From contig DASRQU010000061.1 of NCBI GenBank assembly GCA_035696345.1, positions 4,599 to 68,598 of the forward strand: a DNA stretch of 64,000 nucleotides. Direction: 5' to 3'. A program made the position numbers and the translations under genes. Below the pieces are notes generated by a model. The model worked only from the letters and a program-made list of their open reading frames with translations. It was not told the origin of the DNA and ran no database searches. Positions 17,531 to 26,903 of this stretch are shown in pieces. This DNA comes from Candidatus Acidiferrales bacterium. GTDB taxonomy: Bacteria > Acidobacteriota > Terriglobia > Acidiferrales > UBA7541. How positions within the stretch are numbered: the stretch's first letter is position 1; every line of letters begins with the position of its first letter.

Positions 17531-18500
17531 TTGCGAGGCGCCGCTTCGTTCATGCGCTCGTCGAATTGCGCGGCGAGTCTTGCTCCTAGTTTCTCTGTGG
17601 CCCGCAATCACGATTTCGCTTTTTGCTCAAGCGACTCCGCCCTGGAGTAAAGGGGAAGGCAATCCCGCCGCGGACAAGGGCTACGAGTTCCAGGTCCCGG
17701 ATATAGACAACATCGCCGATTTGCATGGGAATCCGGATGCCGCGAGGCTCGTCCTTTTTATCGGCGGCAATCAATTCTTTGTCTTGCCCGAGCTGGTCAG
17801 CGCGTTTTTAAAACAACATCCGGATTTGCAAAGCCACATTTTTTACGAAACGTTGCCGCCCGGCATTTTGCTAAAACAAATTCAGAGCCACAACACCATC
17901 ACGCTTGGCAATTTCACTTTCGCTATTCAGCCCGATGTTTTCGAGGCCGACTTTACGGTGGTGGCGGATATGGAGAAGCGCAACCTCGTGGAGAAACCGG
18001 TGGCGTATGCAACCAACATACTGTCCATCATGATTTCCGCGGGCAACCCGAAACAAATTCATTCGCTTCAGGATCTCGGTCGCACGGACGTGCGGCTTTC
18101 TATGCCCAATCCGCAGTGGGAAGGGATCGCGAAACAAATTGGCGATGCGCTTCGCAAGGCCGGCGGCGATCCGCTATTTCATTCCGTTTACGAAGCCAAA
18201 GTTCAGGACGGCTCAAGCTATCTGACACAGATTCATCATCGCCAGACGGCCATGCGAATCATGAAAGGCGAATCGGACGCCGGAGTCACCTGGAGTTCAG
18301 AAGTTCGTTTTCAGGAAAAAATCGGCAATCCGATTTATGGCATCGAGATTCCCGGGGAGCAAAACTTCACCGCAGTCTACGGAGCCGCGGTGCTGCGCAG
18401 TGCCCCGCACGCGGAGGCTGCGCGCGCATGGGTGGCGTTTCTCAATTCCCCGGAAGCCCAGGCTGTATACAAGGAGTATGGATTCGGGCCAGCGAAGTAG
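17517..18500 (+). CDS. Periplasmic substrate-binding protein (ModA/molybdate-binding-like PBP fold)
   Basis: The start overlaps the upstream gene by 14 nt. Signal peptide RRVLLLVSLWPAITISLFAQA. Motifs ATNILSIMISAGNPKQI, AGVTWSSEV and YGAAVL...ARAWVAFLNSPEAQAVYKEYGF. Confidence 0.7.
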   Translation: MSRFSCEAPLRSCARRIARRVLLLVSLWPAITISLFAQATPPWSKGEGNPAADKGYEFQVPDIDNIADLHGNPDAARLVLFIGGNQFFVLPELVSAFLKQHPDLQSHIFYETLPPGILLKQIQSHNTITLGNFTFAIQPDVFEADFTVVADMEKRNLVEKPVAYATNILSIMISAGNPKQIHSLQDLGRTDVRLSMPNPQWEGIAKQIGDALRKAGGDPLFHSVYEAKVQDGSSYLTQIHHRQTAMRIMKGESDAGVTWSSEVRFQEKIGNPIYGIEIPGEQNFTAVYGAAVLRSAPHAEAARAWVAFLNSPEAQAVYKEYGFGPAK

Positions 18501-18639
18501 GTTGCATGTCTGTTGTGACGCCGGCGTCTCGGCGCCGCGAAACCATTTCTCGAGAATAGATTTTGCAAGCCTTTACAAATTCAGTGATCTTCTGGAAAAA
18601 TAAGCGCGCGGCGAACCTTTCTCCCGGAAGAAGATCACA

Positions 18640-19281
18640 ATGGCAACGGACAGCTACAATCCAAAAGTGGATACCTACATTGAAAAGGTGCAACCCTTTG
18701 CGCAGCCGATCATGAACCACCTGCGGGAAATCGCGCACAAAGGCTGTCCCGACGTTAACGAAACGGTTAAGTGGGGCATGCCTTTCTTCGAGCATCGCGG
18801 GGAAATATTGTGCTGTATGGCTGCGTTTAAGAAGCACTGCCGCTTCGGTTTCTGGGGCAAGGAAATTCGCGTCGTGATGCGCGAATCGAAGGTCGCCGGG
18901 ATAGACAAATCGGGTTGGTTTGACCGCATCACGCGCGTCGAAGATCTTCCCGCGGATAAGGCTTTGCTCGATTTCGTGCGCCAAGCCAGCGTGCTGATCG
19001 AAAGCGGCAATCAGACGAGCCCTATGGCGGGAAGAAACAAAAAAGCCAAAGCGAGGAGCGCGGCCGTAAACGTTAAAATGATCAAGGAATTTTCTGCCGC
19101 GCTGAAGAAAAACAAAAAGGCGACATCTGTGTTTGGCGCGTTCAGCCCGAGCGCGAAACGCGAATATATCGAATGGATTGCAGAGGCCAAGCGTCCTGAA
19201 ACCCGCGACAAGCGAATCGCCACCGCCATCGACTGGATTTCCGAAGGTAAGCAGCGCAACTGGAAATACCAGAATTGCTAG
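18640..19281 (+). CDS. DUF1801 (YdhG-like) plus YdeI/OmdA-family domain protein
   Basis: N-terminal KVDTYIEKVQPFAQPIMNHLREI..VKWGMPFF. C-terminal SPSAKREYIEWIAEAKRPETRDKRIATAIDWISEGKQRNWKY. Confidence 0.8.
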   Translation: MATDSYNPKVDTYIEKVQPFAQPIMNHLREIAHKGCPDVNETVKWGMPFFEHRGEILCCMAAFKKHCRFGFWGKEIRVVMRESKVAGIDKSGWFDRITRVEDLPADKALLDFVRQASVLIESGNQTSPMAGRNKKAKARSAAVNVKMIKEFSAALKKNKKATSVFGAFSPSAKREYIEWIAEAKRPETRDKRIATAIDWISEGKQRNWKYQNC

Positions 19282-19296
19282 CGCGAGGAAAGTTGT

Positions 19297-19384
19297 TGTG
19301 GCGCGGGCTCTAGCGTGCGGAGGTTCGTCCTTTCAAGGTCAATCTTGCCGGACGAAATTCCGCAGGCTGAAGCCCGCGCCACAT
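19297..19384. repeat. Paired REP-like element (GTGGCGCGGGC subfamily)
   Basis: TGTGGCGCGGGCTCTAGCGTGCGG ... CGCAGGCTGAAGCCCGCGCCACA. Confidence 0.8.
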
Positions 19385-19407
19385 AGAGCGCAACCAAATT
19401 TTAGACC

Positions 19408-20682
19408 TTACTTCTGCAACAGGAACCGCTGGACACGCTCGCCGTTAAATACTTCGCCGGTATACAGATTTCCTTTTGAGTCCGTGGCTTCCATGTGCAC
19501 GCCGAAAAATTGTCCCGCGTTCTGCCCCATGCTGCCCATCGTGCCTAAAACCTTTCCGGACTTGCGATCGAGAAACCAGATGTGATTATTCGTGAGGTCA
19601 GAGATGTAGAGAAATTTTTGATCTTTATCATTGGAGAACATCACGCCGCCCGTCGAGCCGCCGACGCCTGTCCACTCCGCCATCTTGATTTCCTGTTTGA
19701 AATTTCCCTGCTTGTCGGTGACGTGAATGCGGTTGCCGCCGCGATCCGCCGCGTAGACCAAACCGTCGTTTGAAAAATTAAACGTGAGGTGGCCGACAAA
19801 TTCCTTGGCCATCGGCCCGTTCGGCTTGTACGCGTGGTCTTCGGGAGCCGTGCTGATTTCCGAAAGCTTGTGCCCGTACGCGCCCCAGCCCCGCTTGAAT
19901 TCAAACTTGTCGAGCGAGAAAACCATCACGCGGCCGCCGAAGGCGTTGTCCGCAATGTAGATCTCATTAGCAGCATCGTCCGTGCGAATTTCTTCGATGC
20001 CGCCAACGATCATCGGCGTGGTCGGCGGGTACTTTTCAATAAAGGCCTTGCGTGCCAGTCCTGCGGCTGTGCCTGCGGCTTCGCCGCGCGCGCGCTTTTC
20101 AGCGCCCGGAACGATGATGAATCCGGCTATTGGCCCAGCGGTGCCTTCGCCCGGAGCGCGCGTCGGAAGCGTCGGCATCATGAATGGCTTGCCGTCCGGC
20201 GTCTCCGGCACGTGCGGCACTTCCATCACCATTTTTCCGTCCTTGGGATCGTACTTGCGCACGTTATTTTGCCCGAGGTAAAGGAATCCTTGCTTGTCCA
20301 CCGCCATGCCGTGCCCCTGCGGCGCTTCGAACGAACCAATAACATCGCCGTCTTTGTATCCTGGCCCGTCATGCCCGGCGATGTGAATCATGGACGGAGG
20401 ATGCGTGCAGCAATCGGCGATCGGAGGATTGAGTTCCGCTTCCACTTCGATTGAAGTTAAATCGTCCGGACGGTCGTACAGCCAAACGTTGTCATCCTTG
20501 TCCACCGCCAGCCCCGTCACGCCGCCCATCTTCCACTTGTTCGGCAAAACGTGCGGCCAGGTCAGGTCCGCTTTAAATTTAGGAACCGCAGCCGTCTGCG
20601 CTGCAGGTCCCTTTTCAAATGCAAACGCGCACACGAATCCAAGCGCGAGCACGCCTGCACAAACCCATTTGCACCTTGCCAT
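19408..20682 (-). CDS. Secreted NHL-repeat / PAL-like six-bladed beta-propeller protein
   Basis: Start MARCKWVCAGVLALGF is preceded by GAGGAGGA. Repeated ..IYIADxxNxRV.. and GNLYTGEVFNGERVQRF motifs. Confidence 0.75.
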   Translation of the reverse strand: MARCKWVCAGVLALGFVCAFAFEKGPAAQTAAVPKFKADLTWPHVLPNKWKMGGVTGLAVDKDDNVWLYDRPDDLTSIEVEAELNPPIADCCTHPPSMIHIAGHDGPGYKDGDVIGSFEAPQGHGMAVDKQGFLYLGQNNVRKYDPKDGKMVMEVPHVPETPDGKPFMMPTLPTRAPGEGTAGPIAGFIIVPGAEKRARGEAAGTAAGLARKAFIEKYPPTTPMIVGGIEEIRTDDAANEIYIADNAFGGRVMVFSLDKFEFKRGWGAYGHKLSEISTAPEDHAYKPNGPMAKEFVGHLTFNFSNDGLVYAADRGGNRIHVTDKQGNFKQEIKMAEWTGVGGSTGGVMFSNDKDQKFLYISDLTNNHIWFLDRKSGKVLGTMGSMGQNAGQFFGVHMEATDSKGNLYTGEVFNGERVQRFLLQK

Positions 20683-20926
20683 CAGAAATTCCTCCTCGAT
20701 CAAATGTATTCCTCACCCCAGGAGTTCAGTGCGCGCAGTCTATGACGCGAAGGCAGGAAGGTCAACCCGCGATGTAAGGGTGAATCGGTGGCCCGGGAAG
20801 TGACAAGGCTCCCATGTATCGAGCCCCGCGCCGGTCTGCTACTATTCGAAACATCTTCGCAATCCGATTGATAGTGAAGATGCAGTCGTGGCAGCGGTAG
20901 CGTCGGAAGTGAAGGGAGCGGCCCAC

Positions 20927-21688
20927 ATGAAATTTTTCTATATTGCTTTCGCAGTATGCATTTTCTGCACTCCAGCCGCGGCACAGGAAAAAAAGGACGG
21001 CGCCCCCCAGCCCGCAACGTCGGTTCTCGTCAATGGTCAACCCATTCGAGGTAAGGTGCTGGAGATCGATGGAAAACATTTCGTGGCTGTGGAAGATCTG
21101 GCCCAAAGTCTCCGCGGAACGATCGCGTATGGCGAGGGCCAAATTTTACTCACATTTTCAAAGCTGCCGGGTCCCGGGCTTTCCCCTTCGTCCCAATCTT
21201 CTTCCGCAATGGCGCCCGCACCGATAGCTCCTGCGCCGACCATTACGGCACGACCACTGGAAACAGGTGGCGTAAAAGGAACGCTCACCTATTTTTTCGA
21301 TTTTCACACGGGAAATAGACCGGATGCTGGAGCGAAAATATGGCTCGTGCAAGGGCGTGCGGAAATTCCAGCGGATCAAAATTTTGTTGCTGGCAATACA
21401 TCCGTCGGGACGGCCGCGAACCCAGAGCAATACCGGGCTGTTAAATATTCCAGCGCGGACGAAAAAGGAAATTTTGAAATGCTTGACGTTCCGGCAGGCC
21501 AATACACACTGATCCTGCAGTCAGCGCACACCAAGTGGACGCTGAACGATAAAAGGGATATCTTCGGACGCGGCAACGGACACAACGCGAGAGACAGCAG
21601 CGGACGAGTAATATTTTTAAGTGTGACCGTTAAACAAGGTGAGGTCGCTGAGGCCTCGAAAGACTTTGGTCCTGGTATCGATAAGTGA
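20927..21688 (+). CDS. Secreted protein with copper-amine-oxidase-N-like stalk domain and carboxypeptidase-regulatory-like domain
   Basis: Signal peptide MKFFYIAFAVCIFCTPAAAQ. VLVNGQPIRGKVLEIDGKHFVAVEDLAQSL. C-terminal GNFEMLDVPAGQYTLILQS. Confidence 0.65.
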   Translation: MKFFYIAFAVCIFCTPAAAQEKKDGAPQPATSVLVNGQPIRGKVLEIDGKHFVAVEDLAQSLRGTIAYGEGQILLTFSKLPGPGLSPSSQSSSAMAPAPIAPAPTITARPLETGGVKGTLTYFFDFHTGNRPDAGAKIWLVQGRAEIPADQNFVAGNTSVGTAANPEQYRAVKYSSADEKGNFEMLDVPAGQYTLILQSAHTKWTLNDKRDIFGRGNGHNARDSSGRVIFLSVTVKQGEVAEASKDFGPGIDK

Positions 21689-21840
21689 AGTGCTCGTGTC
21701 GCCGTCAGCGTGCCATCAGCGCGGATGAGACTCAGCTTCGCGCAAAATTTGCAAGATAATCCGGCCCTTCCACAAACTGCAAATGTCCGCCGTCGCTTCG
21801 ACTCCGCGGGTCTAGCAGGTTGCGGAAAAAGTGCTTTTTC

Positions 21841-21928
21841 TGTCATTCCGAGCGAAGCGAGGAATCTCTCTTCGAGTTAAACGTAAGAGAATAAACGAAG
21901 GAAAGATTCCTCGCTTCGCTCGGAATCG
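21841..21928. repeat. Paired REP-like element, GTCATTCCGAGCGAAGCGAGGAATC family
   Basis: TGTCATTCCGAGCGAAGCGAGGAATCTCTCTTCG ... CGAAGGAAAGATTCCTCGCTTCGCTCGGAATCG. Confidence 0.8.
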
Positions 21929-21955
21929 TAGAATTTTGGTTTTTTCCGAGGCCTG

Positions 21956-22966
21956 CTAAAGCTTGAGCAAGCGCGCAGCGTTCTCACCGAGAATCATTCT
22001 CTTCTGCGCGGGAGTCATATTCACCCGATCGAGCACCTGCAGGGGCTGGTCATAGCCCATGTCCAGGCAGTAGTCGCTACCGACCATGATGCGGTCGGCG
22101 CCCACTTCGCTGATCACAAATTCCATCACGGATTTTGAGTGGACGATGGTGTCGTACATAAAGCGATCAAGGTATTTGCTCGGCGGGCGAGGCAATCGCA
22201 GCTTTTGGATTTCCGGACGCACGATTGAGCCGTGGTCCATGCGGCCGAGAAGCATCAGCAAAACGCCGCCGCCATGCGGCAGCACAAACCGCAGCTTGGG
22301 ATGCCGGTCAAGCACGCCTCCAAAAATTAAATGGCACACGGCGATTGTGGTATCGAGCGGAAAGCCAATCAGATTGACGAGCGAAAATGGCGCGATGCGC
22401 GGCCCTCCGGCCACCTGCAACGGATGCAGAAAGATCGGAAGATCGAGAGCCTCGATGCGCGCAAGAATGGGCTCAAATAGCGGATCGTCAAGGTCGCGGT
22501 TGTTGATATTCGTTCCCATGTACACGCCGCGCAGTCCCGGCAATTTGCTCGCGCGATTCAGCTCGTCGATGGCGCGATCTGGAAACATCATGGGCAGCGT
22601 CAGCAAACCGAAAAGGCGCGTGGGATATTGCACGTTCGCGGCACTCGCCGCGTCGTTGTACGCGCTGGCTAGTTTGTGCGAAACCTCTTCGTCTCCCCAA
22701 TGCGCCATCGGGCCCGTGAGGGACATTGCCTGCATCGCGGTTCCCTGCGCATCCATGTCCGCAATTCGCAGTTTCAAATCCACAGAGCGGTAAGGGAGCG
22801 GTCCCTGAAAGCGCACCTCGGTCTTGATATAAAAGCCTTCCTCCGCGGCGCGATATTCCACGCCGAATTTCGGCCCGTATTCGGCCAACACATCGAGGTA
22901 GGCCTGCGGAAAAAAATGCGCATGCACATCTACAGGCCGCACGTATTTTGATTCGTCATTAGGCAT
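21956..22966 (-). CDS. Amidohydrolase-2 family enzyme (ACMSD-like decarboxylase/hydratase)
   Basis: VDVHAHFFPQAYLDVL, PIFLHP, VLPHGGG and MVGSDY are typical metal-ligand motifs. GGGAGAG RBS. Confidence 0.85.
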   Translation of the reverse strand: MPNDESKYVRPVDVHAHFFPQAYLDVLAEYGPKFGVEYRAAEEGFYIKTEVRFQGPLPYRSVDLKLRIADMDAQGTAMQAMSLTGPMAHWGDEEVSHKLASAYNDAASAANVQYPTRLFGLLTLPMMFPDRAIDELNRASKLPGLRGVYMGTNINNRDLDDPLFEPILARIEALDLPIFLHPLQVAGGPRIAPFSLVNLIGFPLDTTIAVCHLIFGGVLDRHPKLRFVLPHGGGVLLMLLGRMDHGSIVRPEIQKLRLPRPPSKYLDRFMYDTIVHSKSVMEFVISEVGADRIMVGSDYCLDMGYDQPLQVLDRVNMTPAQKRMILGENAARLLKL

Positions 22967-23062
22967 CGTCCGAGTTCTCTCCCATCAGAACACCAAAATT
23001 TATAATGAAAAATAAATCGCCCACGAAGGTCAAAGCGGGGTCGTACATGTGATTCAAGGTTC

Positions 23063-23087
23063 TGTAGTGCGCGCCTTCGGGCGAGCA
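23063..23087. repeat. Degenerate single REP unit (TGTAG-GC hairpin family)
   Basis: TGTAGTGCGCGCCTTCGGGCGAGCA. Confidence 0.6.
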
Positions 23088-23570
23088 TTGTGGCACACCC
23101 TACGGCAAACAATCGAACACTATCAAGTGCGCCTCTTCGGTCACCAGATCCGAAAGCATCGAAGTTTCCCATCCCGCAGCCTTATCTTTCTTAATTTATC
23201 CCTGCGCGATGTCGTACCCATGGAATAGCGAGAATAGCAACACGCGTTCATTTCCTCGCTCCTCACGACGAAATTCCGGATCGCACTCATTCCGGTGACC
23301 GTTCCTGTGTGCGGGAAATGTAATTCGCCGCCGCGCCCTACTCAAGCGGCGATCTTCCTGAATCGCAATTGACGAGCGCCAGCCGATGTGCGGTGCGATG
23401 ATATTTCAATCTCGCGAAATACGCACATCTTTCCTCGTAACCGCCATCCTGTAGGCAAACTCTAAGGGTCTTACACAAATAGAATGCTGGATTCGCAGTA
23501 TTCTCGCGCGTCGAGCCACTGAACTAAGGTTGGCGAGGCTAAAGAGTGCCTGTGCGCACGCGGCACGGAC

Positions 23571-23632
23571 TGTAGCGCCCGCCTTCACGCGGGCACCGGG
23601 TTGCAATCTGATGTCCGGTAGTGGGCGCTACA
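23571..23632. repeat. Paired REP-like element (TGTAGCGCCCGCC family)
   Basis: TGTAGCGCCCGCCTTCACGCGGGCA ... GTAGTGGGCGCTACA. Confidence 0.75.
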
Positions 23633-23725
23633 CGAACCAAATCCACGTAATTGCACGGGCGTTAACGGGAATCCCTTGAAACGTCCCCGAGCCGAAGTCA
23701 AACCCCCGCTTAGAAAAGGAGTCCC

Positions 23726-24232
23726 ATGTTTGGAAAAGTGAAATCGTTACGAGAACTCTTCGATCTTGAGCTCAATTATGCGTATGACTGCGAGCAAAAA
23801 CTTGTCGAAAAAGGGCTACCCGCGATGATCGAGGCTGCGACGTCTCCTCAACTGCAGGCAGCCCTTAAACAGCACCTGGAGGAAACGCGCCTTCACGTCC
23901 GCCGCCTGGAGCAGGTGTTCGGCGCCATTGGCACCGAACCCGACACGAAAGATAACGAAGTACTGAATGAATTGATGAATGCGGCAGAGGATTCCGTTTC
24001 CAACATTGAGCAATCGGCCCTGCGTGATGCCGCGCTCATCGTGAACGGAAACATGGTGGAGCATCTCGAAATTGCCACATACGGCACGCTCGCCGCTTTT
24101 GCCCGGAACCTCGGCTTTCAAAACGTAGTCAGCGTACTGGAACAGACCCTGCAGGAAGAGAAGACAGCTGATGCGAAACTGACGCAACTTGCCGAAACCA
24201 TGAACCAGCAGGCAAAGCGACAGTCTGCCTGA
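23726..24232 (+). CDS. Ferritin-like YciE/YciF (DUF892) stress protein
   Basis: LRELFDLELNYAYDCEQKLVEKGLPAMIEAATSPQLQAALKQHLEETRLHVRRLEQVF. AAAGGAG RBS. Confidence 0.85.
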   Translation: MFGKVKSLRELFDLELNYAYDCEQKLVEKGLPAMIEAATSPQLQAALKQHLEETRLHVRRLEQVFGAIGTEPDTKDNEVLNELMNAAEDSVSNIEQSALRDAALIVNGNMVEHLEIATYGTLAAFARNLGFQNVVSVLEQTLQEEKTADAKLTQLAETMNQQAKRQSA

Positions 24233-24295
24233 CGCCCAGATCAATCCCCTATTTAAGAAGTAGGATATACGCTCGACGCGCGCCGAGGAGATTCA

Positions 24296-24685
24296 ATGCC
24301 AACGAAGCGAAAAACCAAGCAACTCCGCAAGAAGAAACCCGCACCCAAGGGCCGCGCCCGCAGATCGTCAGCGAAAGATCCGATTCGGAGCGGAACGCTC
24401 AGAAGCGCTCTCGATCCCACTCGTACGAGGGAATTTCAGGAAAGCGGACCGGAGACTGAAGCACCCGAAACAGGCGCTTCCGCGGGAGATCTTGAAGGCC
24501 TGGAAACCGACGACAACGAAGATTTTGAAAGCGTTGCAGAACTGGTGAGCGAAGGCCAGGATTTAGAGGCCGAAGAGCTCGAAAGCATAGAAAAAGCGCC
24601 CAACGCGGATCAAGGCGACTTGAAACCCCGCAAGGTCCCAAGCGGCACCAAACCCGGAAAATTCTCGGACCGCAACCGCCTCTGA
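24296..24685 (+). CDS. Hypothetical, predicted disordered protein (basic N-terminus, acidic core)
   Basis: GAGGAG RBS. MPTKRKTKQLRKKKPAPKGRARR... followed by an Asp/Glu-rich segment. No family recognised. Confidence 0.45.
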   Translation: MPTKRKTKQLRKKKPAPKGRARRSSAKDPIRSGTLRSALDPTRTREFQESGPETEAPETGASAGDLEGLETDDNEDFESVAELVSEGQDLEAEELESIEKAPNADQGDLKPRKVPSGTKPGKFSDRNRL

Positions 24686-24936
24686 AGATGACCGGAGTGT
24701 ATCGAAACACAGATTCGCGAACGGTGCTGCGGTTTCTGCCGAGCGCCGTTCGCACTTTCGCTCGTCGTTGGAGAATCGAAAAACTGAAGCGAGCCCGCAG
24801 CGCCTGCTCCCATTTGCTCGCCCTACAGCGTTTTATCGTGGTTCTTAGTGCAAAACTCGCATAGTTATTTCGCCCGCGTGCCTGTTACAGCTAGAAGAGT
24901 CCGTGCTTCACTCTCAAGTCTCGCGCGCGGGGGATC

Positions 24937-25371
24937 ATGAAACCTATCTATGGAACCGCGATTCTGGCAACGTTTTTAATTTCGCTCGTCATGGGCCTCC
25001 ACGCCCAACCGCAAACAAAATATTCCGCAGAGCAGGTAAAACGCGGAAAATATCTGGTGGAAGAAGTGGCGAAGTGCCCCGAGTGCCACACGCCGCGCGA
25101 CAAAAATAACCAATTGGATGCCCAACGGTGGCTGCAGGGCGCGCCGATCTGGATTCAACCTGTGTTCAAAACGCCGGGTTGGGCGGACGAAGCACCCTCA
25201 CTCGCCGGGCTAACAAGCTACACGGACGATCAAGCTACGCGAGTGTTGGAAAAAGGCGAGCGAGCAAACGGCGGCGGCACGGTGCAACCGCCGATGCACA
25301 TTTATCGTATGCATCATGAGGATGCGCAAGCCATCATCGCATATCTCAGGTCCGTGCCGAATCATCCCTGA
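24937..25371 (+). CDS. Monoheme c-type cytochrome, secreted
   Basis: Signal peptide MKPIYGTAILATFLISLVMGLHAQ. A single CPECH haem-binding motif. A distal Met candidate lies in PPMHIYRM. Confidence 0.75.
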   Translation: MKPIYGTAILATFLISLVMGLHAQPQTKYSAEQVKRGKYLVEEVAKCPECHTPRDKNNQLDAQRWLQGAPIWIQPVFKTPGWADEAPSLAGLTSYTDDQATRVLEKGERANGGGTVQPPMHIYRMHHEDAQAIIAYLRSVPNHP

Positions 25372-25491
25372 ACGCCGAAATGATTTTCCGCACCGACGGC
25401 ACCCACCTTTGCTGGAAGAAGCGGGCTAGTCGGGCAGCCGTGACCTGGTATGTGCGCGGCCTGCAAGTACGGAGCGGCCTTGCGTTATTTT

Positions 25492-26298
25492 TTAATCTTC
25501 CACCAATCGTTGCAGTCCCGGTCTATCTTTTAGCGTTAGCGTCGATCCCTTAATGACCACCAGATTTTTTTTCCTGAAAATCGACAACACGCGGGTGACA
25601 GTTTCTCTCGAGGTTCCAATCATTTGCGCTATTTCTTCATGCGTCAGCGTAAGCTTCGCTTTCACCGCGCCTTTTTCTTCTTTTTGACTGGCGGTCAGAT
25701 CCAGAACGAAGCGGGCCATTTTCTCTTCCGCGGAATGCGAAAGCCCGATGGTGCGCATTTCCGCAAGCGCCGTGTGATACGTCTGTCCTAGTTGCTGCGC
25801 CACGCGCAGAGCCACCTCGCCGTATTCGCGCAAAAAATTCAAAAAATCGTTCGCGGAGACAAAATTGGCCTGGGTTGGCTCAACAACCTCGGCCGTTAGT
25901 TCGTACGGCATCCCGGTGACCGTCGACGGCAACCCCAGCACTTCTCCTGGCTCTGAAAGTCTGGCAATCAACGTTTTCCCGTCGATTGAAGACGTATAGA
26001 GTTTCACCCGTCCGGCGCATAGGATGAAAACGCCTCGCCCGGCCTGCCCTTCCACAAATAATGTTGCGCCCTTGGGGTAGGACGAAGGTGAAGTGATAGA
26101 CGCGAGGCGCTGCACTGCGCTTGGCGAAAGATTACAAAACAATCGATCTTCGCGGTGAGGGCAGGTAAGGCAACTCTCAATAATTTCAAGGCCGTACGGG
26201 GCTCGCATAGGGCTGGATTCTAACGCATGGCCCTTCCCCCGCGCCACCACATGAAAATGACCTAATTGCGGAGCGTTGCTTTCCGTCATGATTTTCAC
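25492..26298 (-). CDS. Crp/Fnr-family transcriptional regulator with Cys-containing N-terminal extension
   Basis: cNMP-binding beta-roll (GATLFVEGQAGRGVFILCAGRVKLY) and a C-terminal HTH (LTHEEIAQMIGTSRETVTRVL). N-terminal CLTCPHREDRLFC. The start is uncertain (M1, M4 or M31). Confidence 0.9.
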   Translation of the reverse strand: MKIMTESNAPQLGHFHVVARGKGHALESSPMRAPYGLEIIESCLTCPHREDRLFCNLSPSAVQRLASITSPSSYPKGATLFVEGQAGRGVFILCAGRVKLYTSSIDGKTLIARLSEPGEVLGLPSTVTGMPYELTAEVVEPTQANFVSANDFLNFLREYGEVALRVAQQLGQTYHTALAEMRTIGLSHSAEEKMARFVLDLTASQKEEKGAVKAKLTLTHEEIAQMIGTSRETVTRVLSIFRKKNLVVIKGSTLTLKDRPGLQRLVED

Positions 26299-26331
26299 TC
26301 TTTTGCTGCCGTTTTACGAATTGTCTCCCGG

Positions 26332-26583
26332 CTAATGAATCTGAAACGGCTGCATCTTCTTTTTGAATTCTCCGATCAACGCCGCAGAATCGCTATTCTG
26401 GTCTGGCAGTGCCCGCATTCGAACGACTTCGCCGGTGGTCAAATCAAGCACATAGATCGGATTCGAAAATTTCCTGACCATTTCTTTGAGCTTCCTTTGC
26501 GCTTTTTTTGTTCCCACGGCGGATTCTCTCCATAGCGACGACTTATCCGGAAACTGCTCGAAAATTTCGTATAGGTGTTTCAT
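26332..26583 (-). CDS. Small hypothetical protein, first gene of the Crp/Fnr operon
   Basis: ATG 26583 is preceded by a G-rich SD. MKHLYEIFEQFPDKSSLWRES... The gene ends 33 nt before the Crp start. Confidence 0.5.
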   Translation of the reverse strand: MKHLYEIFEQFPDKSSLWRESAVGTKKAQRKLKEMVRKFSNPIYVLDLTTGEVVRMRALPDQNSDSAALIGEFKKKMQPFQIH

Positions 26584-26637
26584 GGCAATCCCCCTGGTCC
26601 AATATGGAACCTCCAACCCCCGCTACTATCCTCGATT

Positions 26638-26651
26638 GTTTGTCGACAAAC
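26638..26651. promoter_or_regulatory. Perfect 14-bp palindrome GTTTGTCGACAAAC, candidate Crp/Fnr-family operator
   Basis: TTTGT-N4-ACAAA dyad centred about 61 nt upstream of the ATG of the small-ORF/Crp operon. Confidence 0.3.
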
Positions 26652-26903
26652 GTCGGTGGCACTCGTCACACATGGCCGTGATATGGATTACATCGCTGCA
26701 GTCTGAGGTGCGACATCTCTGGCGGGTGTAGCCTAACTCCCCTCAGTTTTCCGTTGTCTACCGTTATGCGTGGGTCACAGTCCAATGATTTTGTAATTTT
26801 AATCCGACAAAGTTAATGTCAAGCTAATAGGCAGTGCCGCGGTTGGAGTTACGTCAAGTCTGGGCTAAATTGACTGTTTTTAGAGAGGAAACCGGGCAAC
26901 TCC

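Noticed and set aside
23406-23606. A 66-aa ORF in the 760-bp gene-free region upstream of yciE/F.
   Set aside because: It runs through a REP pair (23571-23632), has no RBS and has a low-complexity, Arg-rich product.
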